64,000 bases of DNA from Candidatus Falkowbacteria bacterium (GCA_013336275.1 JAAXUA010000003.1:130698-194697), one strand, 5' to 3'; counted from the stretch's first letter, positions 1 to 9,330 are shown. The notes: generated by a model not told the origin, from the letters alone. A program made the numbers and translations.

Positions 1-1005
1 GACTGAGCTTGATAGCAGCATAATTCCGACGTTGAGCGGGGTCATGTCTAGGGCTGACTGCAAAAATATCGGCAAGATAAAAAAGACACCCATCTGGCTC
101 AAGGAAAGCAAAAGGAGCACCGTCAAACCGAAGGAAAAGGCCTTGTTTTTGAAGATTGAGAGCTGAAGAAGGGGGCTTCCGCCGTTAGCTTCGGCTCGTT
201 TTTCAATATAGATGAATAAAGAGATGAAATAAGCCGCTGCCATGAGCGCGAAGGGTATTATGGAGACGGTTTGTAACGGCCACTGCCAACCTGCGAAGGA
301 GAGGTCGGTCTTGGGTGCCCACCAACCCAGCTTTTGCCCCTCGATTAGGGCAAAGACTAAAGAAAACATGCCCAGAGACGAGGTTGCGGTGCCGGGCCAG
401 TCGAATTTCTTGCTAGCATCACCTTTTGTTTCCTTGATAAAAACCGACCCTAAAAGTACAAGAATGCCGATAAACACATTGATGCGCAAGGACCAGCGCC
501 AAGAGTGAAAGGTCGTAAGATACCCGCCAAGCAGCGGACCGAGAGCTGAGGCCCCGCCAGCTACCGCGCCCCAGATTCCAAAAGCGACGGCACGTTCTTT
601 GCCGGAAAATTCATTTACCAATAAAGAAAGGGATGAGGTGATCATCATCGAAGCTCCGATTGCTTCAATGATGGCCTCTCCTAAAAAAAGATATAAAACA
701 TTTGTGGCTTCGGAGGCGATAAAAGAACCGGCGGCAAAGAGCGTTACTCCGAGCAGGAATATGCGCTTGCGGCCATACATATCTCCGAGACGGCCGCTCG
801 TAATCAGCAGCGCGGAGATTATCAGAGCGTAGCCGGAAAGGACCCACTCGAGCGCGCTTAAGGAAGTGTTAAGATCTCGGATGATATACGGCAGGGAAAC
901 GTTCAGAACGGTTCCATCAATGATTACGATTGCTAAGCCTAACGCAAGAATAAAAAGCGCAAACCAACGATAGCGATGAAGCTGTTTGTCTGAAAAAAAA
1001 CTCAT
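1..1005 (-). CDS. MFS transporter (DHA2/EmrB-QacA-like); C-terminus lies beyond the window start
   Basis: Absent from the ORF track because it runs off the window. My minus-strand translation from ATG (complement of 1003-1005) reads MSFFSDKQLHRYRWFALFILALGLAIVIIDGTVLNVSLPYIIRDL...SGRLGDMYGRKRIFLLG (MFS motif A). It stays open for >330 aa with repeated hydrophobic segments. The ATG overlaps the TGA of the upstream gene (ATGA). Confidence 0.8.
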   Translation of the reverse strand, partial: MSFFSDKQLHRYRWFALFILALGLAIVIIDGTVLNVSLPYIIRDLNTSLSALEWVLSGYALIISALLITSGRLGDMYGRKRIFLLGVTLFAAGSFIASEATNVLYLFLGEAIIEAIGASMMITSSLSLLVNEFSGKERAVAFGIWGAVAGGASALGPLLGGYLTTFHSWRWSLRINVFIGILVLLGSVFIKETKGDASKKFDWPGTATSSLGMFSLVFALIEGQKLGWWAPKTDLSFAGWQWPLQTVSIIPFALMAAAYFISLFIYIEKRAEANGGSPLLQLSIFKNKAFSFGLTVLLLLSLSQMGVFFILPIFLQSALDMTPLNVGIMLLSSSV

Positions 1006-1685
1006 TTGCGATTAATTGCTTTTTTGTTTTTTTCTTCCTTGGAAAAGATGATGTATGAGTAGATTGTTGGAAACAGGGAAACTGATAAGACAACTAGCAA
1101 TAATAGTGGTATTTTCCAAGCGGCTGGAAAGAAAATTTCCAAAACCATAATCAACCCGCCCAGAACGAATAGCTTGCCGGACAAGCGATTCGTTTTATTC
1201 CAGACCGTTTCGCTGGAGAGGGTCCATGGAGTCCGTGCCCCCATGAACCAATTAAGCTTAAGTTTGCTCATGTAATTGCCGATTAGGATGAAAAGCAGGC
1301 CAACCATTGCTGGGACGATGTCGCCTATAGGCAAGTCATAGCCAAGACCGTTCAAGCTGATGAGTTGGTAGAGTAAGGCCATGAAGCCGATAATCGAATT
1401 TTTCAAAATGTGATAAGTGCGTCCGAATTCCTGATAGCGCTCTTTTTTGGGATCAAGCCGTGGTGCAAGCAGTAGTAGTAGGTAGATTATCAAGATAAGT
1501 GCCGGTAGAAAAAAGGAAGCAAAAAGAGGCGAGCTCCAGCCGTCGACCTGTCCGGAAATGTTCCAGTGGCTAGGAACCCGATCAGGGAAGCTCGGATAGT
1601 AAAAAAATCCGGAAATGGCAGTGATGGCCAACATGGCGATCGGTAGCCACTCGGTCCGAAGATTGGTGTTTTTTGGTTCGGACAT
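1002..1685 (-). CDS. SdpI/YhfL-family membrane protein (DUF1648 + SdpI-like)
   Basis: 227 aa, multi-TM. N-terminal motif PSHWNISGQVDGW and central NWFMGARTPWTLSSETVWNKTNRLSG are typical of the SdpI immunity family. Translationally coupled to the flanking genes. Confidence 0.75.
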   Translation of the reverse strand: MSEPKNTNLRTEWLPIAMLAITAISGFFYYPSFPDRVPSHWNISGQVDGWSSPLFASFFLPALILIIYLLLLLAPRLDPKKERYQEFGRTYHILKNSIIGFMALLYQLISLNGLGYDLPIGDIVPAMVGLLFILIGNYMSKLKLNWFMGARTPWTLSSETVWNKTNRLSGKLFVLGGLIMVLEIFFPAAWKIPLLLLVVLSVSLFPTIYSYIIFSKEEKNKKAINRK

Positions 1686-1689
1686 AGGT

Positions 1690-1956
1690 TTAGCGGTTAA
1701 TTTTGAAAAATGAAATGATTATCTCGGTTAACTCCTCAAAGGCGCTTAAGTTTAGGGAGTAGATTATTTCCTGGCCTTGACGTCTAGAACTGACCAACCC
1801 CGCCTGCTTTAGTGCGTTCAAGTGGTGAGACAAGGAGGGCGCAGTTATGGAAAAATTCTTGCCTAAATCGCCAGCAGAAAAATCCTGCTTCTTGAGCAAC
1901 TCTAGTATTTCTCTTCTTGTCGGATCGGCTAACGCGGAAAAGGTTTGACTAAGCAT
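1690..1956 (-). CDS. ArsR/SdpR-family HTH transcriptional regulator
   Basis: 88 aa; ALADPTRREILELL...SITAPSLSHHLNALKQAGLV is the ArsR-type winged HTH signature. First gene of a regulator-SdpI-MFS string. Confidence 0.85.
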   Translation of the reverse strand: MLSQTFSALADPTRREILELLKKQDFSAGDLGKNFSITAPSLSHHLNALKQAGLVSSRRQGQEIIYSLNLSAFEELTEIIISFFKINR

Positions 1957-1964
1957 AGTTTGAC

Positions 1965-1984
1965 ATTTAGATAACTATCTAAAT
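1965..1984. promoter_or_regulatory. 20-bp perfect palindrome ATTTAGATAACTATCTAAAT; candidate operator of the ArsR/SdpR operon
   Basis: Perfect inverted repeat 9 nt upstream of the regulator ATG. It overlaps a minus-strand TTGACA-16-TAATAT promoter read from the reverse complement. Confidence 0.5.
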
Positions 1985-2019
1985 ATTAGCAGACTGGGCA
2001 GAGGTGTCAAGGTGCCATG

Positions 2020-2048
2020 TTGACAAATACTGATAAAGATGTTATAAA
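2020..2048 (+). promoter_or_regulatory. sigma70-like promoter TTGACA-17-TATAAA
   Basis: TTGACA at 2020-2025, 17-nt spacer, TATAAA at 2043-2048, upstream of the 2096 ORF. Confidence 0.5.
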
Positions 2049-2095
2049 TAATAAATATTTCTTACAAATTACACGCCAGCACAAGGAGGCTGTCC

Positions 2096-2365
2096 ATGAA
2101 CCTTTTAGGGATTATCAGGCTAGCAGGCAAGTTTTTTGAAGAGCTCCTTCAACCCCAGGCCGTGATTCGGCCCAAGTCGGATTGGCAGGAAAAGCTGTGC
2201 ATAAACGTTGGCAACGGCGCCACCTGCCAAACCGAAGCTACTTTTGAGGCATTTTTCCAAAGAGGCAGACTGAAAGCGGCGGTTCGCTGCTGTGCTAGTC
2301 CGGAGTGCCAGGCAGAATCGAAAAAGATCGCCAAAAGCGCGGTTTCAGAAAAAACCCAGTCCTAG
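2096..2365 (+). CDS. hypothetical small Cys-containing protein (89 aa)
   Basis: AAGGAGG at 2083-2089, 6 nt before the ATG. Has its own promoter, and a hairpin terminator spans its stop codon. Five Cys (CINVGNGATC...RCCASPEC). No family recognised. Confidence 0.45.
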   Translation: MNLLGIIRLAGKFFEELLQPQAVIRPKSDWQEKLCINVGNGATCQTEATFEAFFQRGRLKAAVRCCASPECQAESKKIAKSAVSEKTQS

Positions 2366-2380
2366 GACTGGGTTTCTTTT
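2353..2380. terminator. bidirectional intrinsic terminator
   Basis: AACCCAGTCC-TA-GGACTGGGTT, flanked by an A-run upstream and TCTTTT downstream. Lies between the convergent 2096 ORF and the hemerythrin gene. Confidence 0.6.
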
Positions 2381-2783
2381 ATTTGATGCCGTGTTCTTGA
2401 AAGTGTTTGACGTATAGTTTGTCGACTTCACTTAAGTGATGGACAAGCCAATCTTCAAGGAAGTCGATCAGCTCGAAGGAGATTTCCATCTCGTTGTGGC
2501 TGACTCTCCGCTTGATGCTTTCGAGCTTGTCCTTGAATTTTCGGTGTTCTGCGATGTGGCTGTCAGTCTTTGGATAATTGGTCTTTCGAAAAAGGCTTTC
2601 CTCGGTTGAAAAATGCTTGATAATATAATTTTCAAGCTTTTTGAAAATTTCCATCAGCTTCACTTCGGTTTTTCTGGAGCCTATGGCATCATAAAGCTCA
2701 TCGATCGCTTTAACGAATTGTCGGTGCTGCTCATCGATTTCATGGAAACCGAGCGCATATTTGCTTTCCCATTGGATTGGCAT
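2379..2783 (-). CDS. hemerythrin-like metal-binding protein (bacteriohemerythrin)
   Basis: 134 aa. The opening W-x-x-x-Y-x-x-G-x-x-x-ID-x-QH (IQWESKYALGFHEIDEQHRQF) and later H/E ligand motifs (HFSTEE, HIAEHRKF, WLVHH) are the hemerythrin pattern. Confidence 0.85.
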   Translation of the reverse strand: MPIQWESKYALGFHEIDEQHRQFVKAIDELYDAIGSRKTEVKLMEIFKKLENYIIKHFSTEESLFRKTNYPKTDSHIAEHRKFKDKLESIKRRVSHNEMEISFELIDFLEDWLVHHLSEVDKLYVKHFQEHGIK

Positions 2784-2875
2784 AATTTGAGGTTATTGAT
2801 ATGACATCATGATAACCTACCGGTGATTCAAGGGCAAGTTTTGCAAATTGTCCTTGTCATCGCTACAATTAAGTA

Positions 2876-5440
2876 ATGAACAATCAATCAATTGCCGCCC
2901 TAGATTTTAAACACATAAAAAGCCTTTCTGACGCGACTGCGGCTTCGCGCTTGGCTCGTGAAGGCTACAACATCTTGTCGTCAGAAAAGCAGCGCGGCTT
3001 GCTTCGTGTTATCATGGAAGTCATAACCGAACCGATGTTTTTCCTGTTGATGGCCAGCAGTGCGATTTACTTCTGGCTTGGGGACACGCACGAAGCATTG
3101 GTCCTTTTGTCTTCCGTGGTTCTGGTGATATTCATTACCATCTATCAGGAGAACAAGACGGAAAAAGCTCTTCAGTCGTTAAAAGACCTGTCCAGCCCGC
3201 GTGCGCTGGTCATCAGGGGTGGCAAGGCCAAGCGAATTGCCGGCCAAGAAGTCGTCCGCGGCGATGTCGTGGTTCTGAGCGAAGGGGATCGAGTTCCTGC
3301 CGACGCCTTGATCGAATGGTCGAATAACCTGGTTGTCAACGAGTCGATACTGACCGGTGAGTCGATGCCCGTAGAAAAAGTCGCCGACAATGCTATCAGC
3401 ACAATCCAGACTCCGGGTACTGAAAAATCTGCGAGCGTCTATGCCAGCACCCTGGTTGTCAGCGGATCGGGTGTCGCGCGCGTAGTTAAGACGGCAAATC
3501 AGACGGAGGTCGGTAAAATCGGGACTTCTTTGGCCAAGGTTGAGCCGGAAAAAACCAGGCTCCAGCTGGAGATTAACAAACTCATCAGATTCTTCGCCAT
3601 ATACGGCTTTATCTTGTGTTTTAGCGTGGCGATCATATACGGGCTTAAGCGAGCCGATTGGCTGGGCGGAACCTTGGCTGGAATATCATTGGCGATGTCA
3701 GTGCTGCCTGAGGAATTTCCTGTGATCTTGACGGTGTTCATGGCGCTGGGGGCATGGCGTCTTTCAAAGATAAATGTCCTGACCAGCCGACAAAAGGTCA
3801 TCCAGGCTTTGGGCGGCATCACCGTGCTATGCGTAGACAAGACGGGCACTCTAACCAAGAATAGAATGGACCTGGAAGCTGTCGACGACGGGAATCAATG
3901 TGTCGACGTCGCTGTTGCCGGCTTATCCGGTTCATATCTTCGACTGGTCGAGTTGGCCATGCTGGCAAGTCAGCAGAAGCCCTTCGACCCGCTCGAAAAA
4001 TCAATTATCAAGCTTTACCAGAAACATAAGGCCAAGGACCATGATTCTGACGGCGGTGACTGGAAGCTGGTGCATGAGTATCCTCTTTCACATGAGCAAC
4101 TGTCTATCACTCACGTTTGGCAACAGCCTGAACAAGAAGATTATTTGGTGGCGGCCAAGGGGGCACCAGAGGCGATTATCGGCTTGTGCCATCTTGATGA
4201 GAAACAGTCTGAACTCTGGATGAAGAGGGTGCACGAGTTGGCATCGAAGGGTTTAAGGGTGCTTGCTGTTGCCTCGGCGAGCCATGAAGATGGCCAGCTG
4301 CCCCACAGTCAGCATGATTTTGAGTTCAAAATTTCAGGATTGCTCGGCTTTGCGGATCCGATCAGGGCGGAGGTTCCGGCGGCGATAGCTAGCTGTCATC
4401 AAGCCGGTGTCCGAGTAGTAATGATTACGGGAGACTATCCAGAGACTGCGGTCAAGATTGCTCAAAAGATCGGTTTAGGTAAAAACCCCCAAGTCGTGAC
4501 CGGCCAAGAGCTTTCGGCCATGACGCCTTCTGAGCTTAAGGAGCGTGTCGGCCAAACCGTTGTTTTTGCCAGGATTGCTCCAGAACAGAAGCTGCGGATA
4601 GTCAACGCTTTCAAAGATAATGGAGATATCGTTGGTATGACTGGGGACGGTGTCAATGATGCCCCGGCGCTTAAGTCGGCCAATGTCGGGATTGCCATGG
4701 GGCTTCGAGGTACCGATGTCGCACGCGAGGCGGCCGGGTTGGTGCTGCTCGATGATGACTTTGCTTCGATCGTCAAAGGCATCAATGCTGGGCGCCGGAT
4801 ATATGACAACATCCGCAAGGCGGTGGTCTATGTTTTGGCGATACACTTCCCGATTGCCGGCATCACTTTTTTGGCAGTGCTGGCAGATTGGCCGCTGATG
4901 CTTTTGCCCGTGCACCTGGCCTTTTTAGAATTAATAATCGATCCGGCGTGCTCGATCGCATTCGAGAACGAGCCAGCTGAAGAAAACGCCATGTTGAGGC
5001 CGCCGCGCCATCCGGACAAAAAAACCCTGACCAAGCGCTTGATCAGGATTGCGGTGTTCCAAGGCATTTCGATGCTGCTATTTTTGGTTCTGGTCTTCAA
5101 GTTGGCGGGCTATACTGGAAAAACAGTCGATCAAACGAGAGCAATGGTTTTTACGGCGCTCATCTTTGCCAACATCAGCCTGATACTCGCTAATCGTTCT
5201 TGGTCCAGATCGATCATCTCCAGCTTCAGGGTTAAAAATCAGGCAGCTTGGCTGGTATTAGGAGGCAGCTTGATTGTCTTGGCTATTACTATTTTCGTAC
5301 CGCAAGTGAGCAAGCTGTTCCACTTCGGTTTGCCAGGCTGGTTCGACTTGCTGTTGGCGGCAGTTCTTGGCGGCAGTAGCGTGTTGTGGTTCGAATTCCT
5401 TGAAAAGAAACCAGCGCAAAAATCCGGAATTGGAATATAA
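2876..5440 (+). CDS. cation-transporting P-type ATPase (type II, Ca2+/Mg2+-ATPase-like)
   Basis: 854 aa. TGES (SILTGESMP), phosphorylation motif CVDKTGTLTKN, hinge MTGDGVNDAPALK, and N- and C-terminal TM bundles. Confidence 0.9.
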   Translation: MNNQSIAALDFKHIKSLSDATAASRLAREGYNILSSEKQRGLLRVIMEVITEPMFFLLMASSAIYFWLGDTHEALVLLSSVVLVIFITIYQENKTEKALQSLKDLSSPRALVIRGGKAKRIAGQEVVRGDVVVLSEGDRVPADALIEWSNNLVVNESILTGESMPVEKVADNAISTIQTPGTEKSASVYASTLVVSGSGVARVVKTANQTEVGKIGTSLAKVEPEKTRLQLEINKLIRFFAIYGFILCFSVAIIYGLKRADWLGGTLAGISLAMSVLPEEFPVILTVFMALGAWRLSKINVLTSRQKVIQALGGITVLCVDKTGTLTKNRMDLEAVDDGNQCVDVAVAGLSGSYLRLVELAMLASQQKPFDPLEKSIIKLYQKHKAKDHDSDGGDWKLVHEYPLSHEQLSITHVWQQPEQEDYLVAAKGAPEAIIGLCHLDEKQSELWMKRVHELASKGLRVLAVASASHEDGQLPHSQHDFEFKISGLLGFADPIRAEVPAAIASCHQAGVRVVMITGDYPETAVKIAQKIGLGKNPQVVTGQELSAMTPSELKERVGQTVVFARIAPEQKLRIVNAFKDNGDIVGMTGDGVNDAPALKSANVGIAMGLRGTDVAREAAGLVLLDDDFASIVKGINAGRRIYDNIRKAVVYVLAIHFPIAGITFLAVLADWPLMLLPVHLAFLELIIDPACSIAFENEPAEENAMLRPPRHPDKKTLTKRLIRIAVFQGISMLLFLVLVFKLAGYTGKTVDQTRAMVFTALIFANISLILANRSWSRSIISSFRVKNQAAWLVLGGSLIVLAITIFVPQVSKLFHFGLPGWFDLLLAAVLGGSSVLWFEFLEKKPAQKSGIGI

Positions 5441-5495
5441 AAATTACGCCAGGCTTTTTGGGCCTGGCGCGAAGAAGTTTTGGAGGATGAGGTGA

Positions 5496-5696
5496 TTAAG
5501 AAAATGAAAAGTGGTGGCCGTTGGGGCAGATCCGAAGATCGAGGAAGCTGCCGCACTTTTCGCAGCGGTTGCCGAAAACTCCCGGCACTTTTTTGGTCGC
5601 GAAGGGCGAACGGATCACTTCATCGCGATAGGTTCCATACGGCGGTTCGGGGGGCATCTTGAAGGCGCCGCCACGTTCTTGGCAAAGCTGACTCAT
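5496..5696 (-). CDS. hypothetical small protein, possible C-terminal zinc ribbon (66 aa)
   Basis: Strong SD (reverse complement reads AAGGAGGATTTATCATG). The C-terminus CEKCGSFLDLRICPNGHH has a CxxC...CxxxHH arrangement. No family recognised. Confidence 0.5.
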   Translation of the reverse strand: MSQLCQERGGAFKMPPEPPYGTYRDEVIRSPFATKKVPGVFGNRCEKCGSFLDLRICPNGHHFSFS

Positions 5697-5948
5697 GATA
5701 AATCCTCCTTGGGTGGGGGTTGGAATGGGCTAGGTTTAGTATATTAATAGCATATTTACTGGATTTTGTCAATACCATATTGTTTTATACACTTGGCTAA
5801 TTCGGGAAAATAATACTGGTCCATGCGGACTTTTAAAACCAAAAACCCGTCGAGGATGTCGACGGGTTGTTTTTATGACAGGGGCTTGAAATAATTATCA
5901 TTCATGGGTAGTGTTAGTATAAATCGATCATTTTCAAAAGGAGGCGGT

Positions 5949-6404
5949 ATGTTATTCAGGGGCGATATCGAGGCATTTCAGGCGACGATGCGGTGTGTCG
6001 GCTGCTATCTCGAACATGAAGGAGAAATTCTTCTTTTACAGAAACAGGGAGAACATCTTTACTACCCAGGCAAATGGGGCGTTGTGGCAGGAAAGGTCGA
6101 TCCCAAAGAAGAACCTTCGGTAGCGATTGTCAGAGAGATCCAAGAAGAAATCGGTTATGAAATTACGCCAGATGTGTTGGGTAAGCCCAGCGAGATTCCA
6201 GTTATCCATCCGCATTTCCACTTCCTCTACTTCCTGTTTCATCTGAGCATTATCGGCGAACGGCCGCAAATCAGGCTAAGCTCTGAACATTGCCATTTTC
6301 AATGGCTTGCTCCCGAGCTCGCGGTCAGTCTAGACCTGATTGAAGATGAGGCGGAGGTTATTGCAATGCATTATGCCTTAGAAACCATCAAAGCCCGTAG
6401 TTAG
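5949..6404 (+). CDS. NUDIX hydrolase
   Basis: Nudix box GKWGVVAGKVDPKEEPSVAIVREIQEEIGYE. Start moved to the internal ATG 5949, which follows AAGGAGG; the track ORF begins at 5904. Confidence 0.85.
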   Translation: MLFRGDIEAFQATMRCVGCYLEHEGEILLLQKQGEHLYYPGKWGVVAGKVDPKEEPSVAIVREIQEEIGYEITPDVLGKPSEIPVIHPHFHFLYFLFHLSIIGERPQIRLSSEHCHFQWLAPELAVSLDLIEDEAEVIAMHYALETIKARS

Positions 6405-6452
6405 GGCTTTGTTTTTTTGAAAAAGTTTTTGGCCCTCAGCGAGTGGTACTGG

Positions 6453-7199
6453 CTAAGCTTCGATTTTGGTAAAAAGGTAGGCACCGACAGCCAGGACAAG
6501 CGCGGTCAACACGGAGAGTACGGCCAAATCTGTTGCTAAATGGAAGTGTGATACGTTGACCAAGGTGATTCTCAGGGCGTCGATGCCATATGTCAGGGGA
6601 TTGAAGATGGAGATGGTGCGGAGGAAGCTGGGAGCCGAATCGAGCGGGAATAAAGCGCCTGACAGGAAAAAGAGCGGCATGACCAGGAAATTCATTATGA
6701 GTTGGAAGCCCTGGAAATCGTCAAGCATCGCCGCGATGGCGGTGCCGAGGCCGGTAAACAGCAAGGCGATAATGAACATAACCAAGATCGCTGCCGGCAG
6801 CATGGCCAAAGAAAACGGGCGGAACCCGACCAGGAGCGAAAGGGTTAAGACGATCAAACCCTGGATGGTAGCAATCGTCGCTCCGCCCAGTGTCCGGCCG
6901 AGCATTATTTGCAGGCGCGGTACAGGCGCGACTAGCGTCTCTTTAAGGAAGCCGAATTGGCGATCCCAGATCAGTTCAATTCCAGAAAAGATGGCAGTAA
7001 AAAGCACGGCTTGCCCGACTACGCCCGGGGCAATGAAGTCCATGTAGTTGCCTCCACCGGCTTTGGCAAAAATCGGACCGAAGCCGAAACCGAAGGCGAC
7101 TAGAAAAAGCAGCGGTTGGCCGATGGAGCCGATAATGCGTGATTTGGAGCGGATGTAACGTTTCAGCTGCCTCAACCAGAGTATGTAGATAGTGTTCAT
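6453..7199 (-). CDS. ABC-2 type transporter permease
   Basis: 248 aa with six hydrophobic segments and an ABC-2 membrane-family look. Lies 4 nt downstream of the ATPase gene. Confidence 0.85.
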   Translation of the reverse strand: MNTIYILWLRQLKRYIRSKSRIIGSIGQPLLFLVAFGFGFGPIFAKAGGGNYMDFIAPGVVGQAVLFTAIFSGIELIWDRQFGFLKETLVAPVPRLQIMLGRTLGGATIATIQGLIVLTLSLLVGFRPFSLAMLPAAILVMFIIALLFTGLGTAIAAMLDDFQGFQLIMNFLVMPLFFLSGALFPLDSAPSFLRTISIFNPLTYGIDALRITLVNVSHFHLATDLAVLSVLTALVLAVGAYLFTKIEA

Positions 7200-7203
7200 A
7201 TGT

Positions 7204-8016
7204 TTAGCGTTTGTTGCCGCGGTGCATGCGGGCGAAACCCCTTAAATTATCGGCGCTACTGGCCTGCTCTTCTCTGATGGCGCGTCCGGTAAGATTGAGA
7301 AACGCGTCTTCCAGAGAATCAGTTCCGGTTTTTTCCATCAGCTCTTTGGCAGTACCGCTGGCGATAATTTGTCCCTTGTCGATGATGGCTATGCGCTGAG
7401 CTACGCGTTCGGCCTCTTCCATATAATGCGTAGTGAAAAATACGGTGACGCCTTCTTCACGATTGAGTTTTTTGACGTATTCCCACATCTGGTTGCGGGT
7501 TTGCGGGTCGAGGCCGAGCGTCGGTTCGTCCAGGAAGAAAATTTTGGGATGGTGCAGCAGTCCGCGCGCTATTTCCAGGCGCCGCTTCATGCCGCCTGAA
7601 AATGTTTTAACCAATGAGTCGCGCCGATCCCATAGCTCGGTTATTTCTAGGAGTTCTTTGATTCTTTCTCGGCGCAAAGGCGCAGGCAGTTTGTAGAGTA
7701 TGCCATGGAAGTCCATATTTTCGTATGTAGTCAGCTCTTCATCAAGGCTCGGATCCTGGAAGACGATACCGAAAGATTGTCGGGCTTGGTATTGCTGCTT
7801 GACCGGGTTGAAGCCGTTGAGCATCACTTCGCCGCTTGTCGGATTAAGCAACGTAGTCAGCATCTTGATAGTTGTTGATTTGCCAGCACCGTTCGGGCCG
7901 AGAAAAGCGAAAATTTCGCCGGGCTTTACTTCGAAAGATATATCGTTTACCGCCGTGAAATCACCGAATTTCTTGATTAGATTTTTGACCGAAATGGCCG
8001 ATGTTTGTGTATCCAT
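7204..8016 (-). CDS. ABC transporter ATP-binding protein (DrrA/ABC-2 subfamily)
   Basis: Walker A GPNGAGKST, signature FSGGMKRRLE, Walker B IFFLDEPT. Confidence 0.9.
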   Translation of the reverse strand: MDTQTSAISVKNLIKKFGDFTAVNDISFEVKPGEIFAFLGPNGAGKSTTIKMLTTLLNPTSGEVMLNGFNPVKQQYQARQSFGIVFQDPSLDEELTTYENMDFHGILYKLPAPLRRERIKELLEITELWDRRDSLVKTFSGGMKRRLEIARGLLHHPKIFFLDEPTLGLDPQTRNQMWEYVKKLNREEGVTVFFTTHYMEEAERVAQRIAIIDKGQIIASGTAKELMEKTGTDSLEDAFLNLTGRAIREEQASSADNLRGFARMHRGNKR

Positions 8017-8070
8017 TTTTTCATATTAACAGCCGTTTTGGCATTCCGCAACAGCTGGCGGGTTCGTACC

Positions 8071-8096
8071 AAAAAACAGGGCTAACCCTGTTTTTT
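8071..8096. terminator. bidirectional intrinsic terminator
   Basis: AAAAAA-CAGGG-CTAA-CCCTG-TTTTTT. Confidence 0.6.
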
Positions 8097-8120
8097 GGTG
8101 AATAAAGCAAGGAACAAATT

Positions 8121-8612
8121 TTAAATTGTGATTTTTTTTCTTTCAGTGTCTGGCTCCTGTTCGCCCTCGTCTTCTCCTTCGGACAAACTCATGAATTGAT
8201 TGAGCTTATCAAGGTATGGGACCATCTGCCTGGCAATCTCTTCTTCCGTCTCTTTATCCCCGGACTCTTTGACTGATTGCAGTTTCCGGTTCATTACGTC
8301 CACTACGGTTAAATTCAGGGAAAAGGATTCGAACAGCTTGAGGGCTATCTGGATTTGCTGCTTGTCTTCTTCACTTGTTTCCTCGTCAGACAGAAAATCA
8401 TTAAGTTCGAGCGTCTTGCCTGTTAAGCCTTCTTGGAGTTCGTTGATCTGTTTTGCCAGCGCTTGCCCTTCCTCTGGATTACTGAACGCTTCGTGCGTTC
8501 TTTTGCCGGCAAGCAATGCAAGGGCGCCGAGCCCGGCAACTAAAAAGCCGCGGCGGCTGATTTTGGGAGTTTCGCCATTGAAGGGTTGGTACATTTTTTC
8601 TTTGAAAGCCAT
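8121..8612 (-). CDS. hypothetical acidic protein with twin-arginine-like N-terminal signal/anchor
   Basis: 163 aa. SRRGFLVAGLGALALLAG near the N-terminus, then an E/D-rich helical sequence. No family recognised. Confidence 0.6.
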   Translation of the reverse strand: MAFKEKMYQPFNGETPKISRRGFLVAGLGALALLAGKRTHEAFSNPEEGQALAKQINELQEGLTGKTLELNDFLSDEETSEEDKQQIQIALKLFESFSLNLTVVDVMNRKLQSVKESGDKETEEEIARQMVPYLDKLNQFMSLSEGEDEGEQEPDTERKKITI

Positions 8613-8627
8613 ATTGGATTGAGATTA

Positions 8628-9278
8628 TTAAACGAAATTGGGACGCTTGATGACTTGGACGATCTGGCCGTTAACCAAGTACTTGTCGGCGTCTGAGCCG
8701 TGGATATAGATCGGCTGGATCGGCAAAGTGGATTCGGAGACCAGGGCGATCTGCTTGCGCGAGGTGTCGTGATAGAATCTTTTGATATTGGCGACATCGT
8801 CGATTACGGACAGGACGTAGTCGCCGTTATGCGGCGCTTTTTTGTGGCTATCGATTATGACATAGTCGCCGTTTTCGATAGGGCCGCCTGGGGCGGCAGT
8901 GGCTTTATTCATGGAGTCGCCGACGGCTTTGATAATGAAAAGCCCCTCAGGCTTTTTGCGCCCCGTAACGGCTGGCGATATCTTTAGGTACCCCTCGATA
9001 TTCTCCTCGGCGTAGATGTCGGCCGGACCGCAGTTGGCGGAGCCCATAATCGGTAAATTGAACAGCGGGGCAGTTTTGGACTTGACCGAAGCGGTGGCGG
9101 TTATGCTGTGGTTATTCGCATCTTTTTGCAAGAAGCCCTTTTTTTCGAGCTGCTCTAAATGATGTTTGACCTTTTGCGGGTGCGACTCTCCGACCAGCTG
9201 GCCGAGCTTTCGTAAGCCGACGGAGCTGATGTCTAATTGCTTGGTCAGTTGCAGTATTTTTTGTTGGATGATGTGCAT
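8628..9278 (-). CDS. lexA: LexA-like SOS repressor (S24 peptidase)
   Basis: 216 aa. N-terminal winged HTH (HPQKVKHHLEQLEKKGFL). C-terminal S24 catalytic Ser in AVGDSMN and Lys in ANIKRF. Confidence 0.85.
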   Translation of the reverse strand: MHIIQQKILQLTKQLDISSVGLRKLGQLVGESHPQKVKHHLEQLEKKGFLQKDANNHSITATASVKSKTAPLFNLPIMGSANCGPADIYAEENIEGYLKISPAVTGRKKPEGLFIIKAVGDSMNKATAAPGGPIENGDYVIIDSHKKAPHNGDYVLSVIDDVANIKRFYHDTSRKQIALVSESTLPIQPIYIHGSDADKYLVNGQIVQVIKRPNFV

Positions 9279-9301
9279 AAGTTTTTTGTGTTTCTGAAAT
9301 C

Positions 9302-9329
9302 ATTGTAGCAGGTTAGCCAAAATAGTCAA
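9302..9329 (-). promoter_or_regulatory. promoter TTGACT-16-TACAAT for lexA
   Basis: Read on the reverse complement of 9302-9329. Confidence 0.5.
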
Positions 9330-9330
9330 G

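Noticed and set aside
242-847. Three short ORFs (242-508 +, 599-832 +, 665-847 -) at the window start
   Set aside because: The region is occupied by an open MFS transporter frame on the minus strand (1-1005) that the track omits because it runs off the window.
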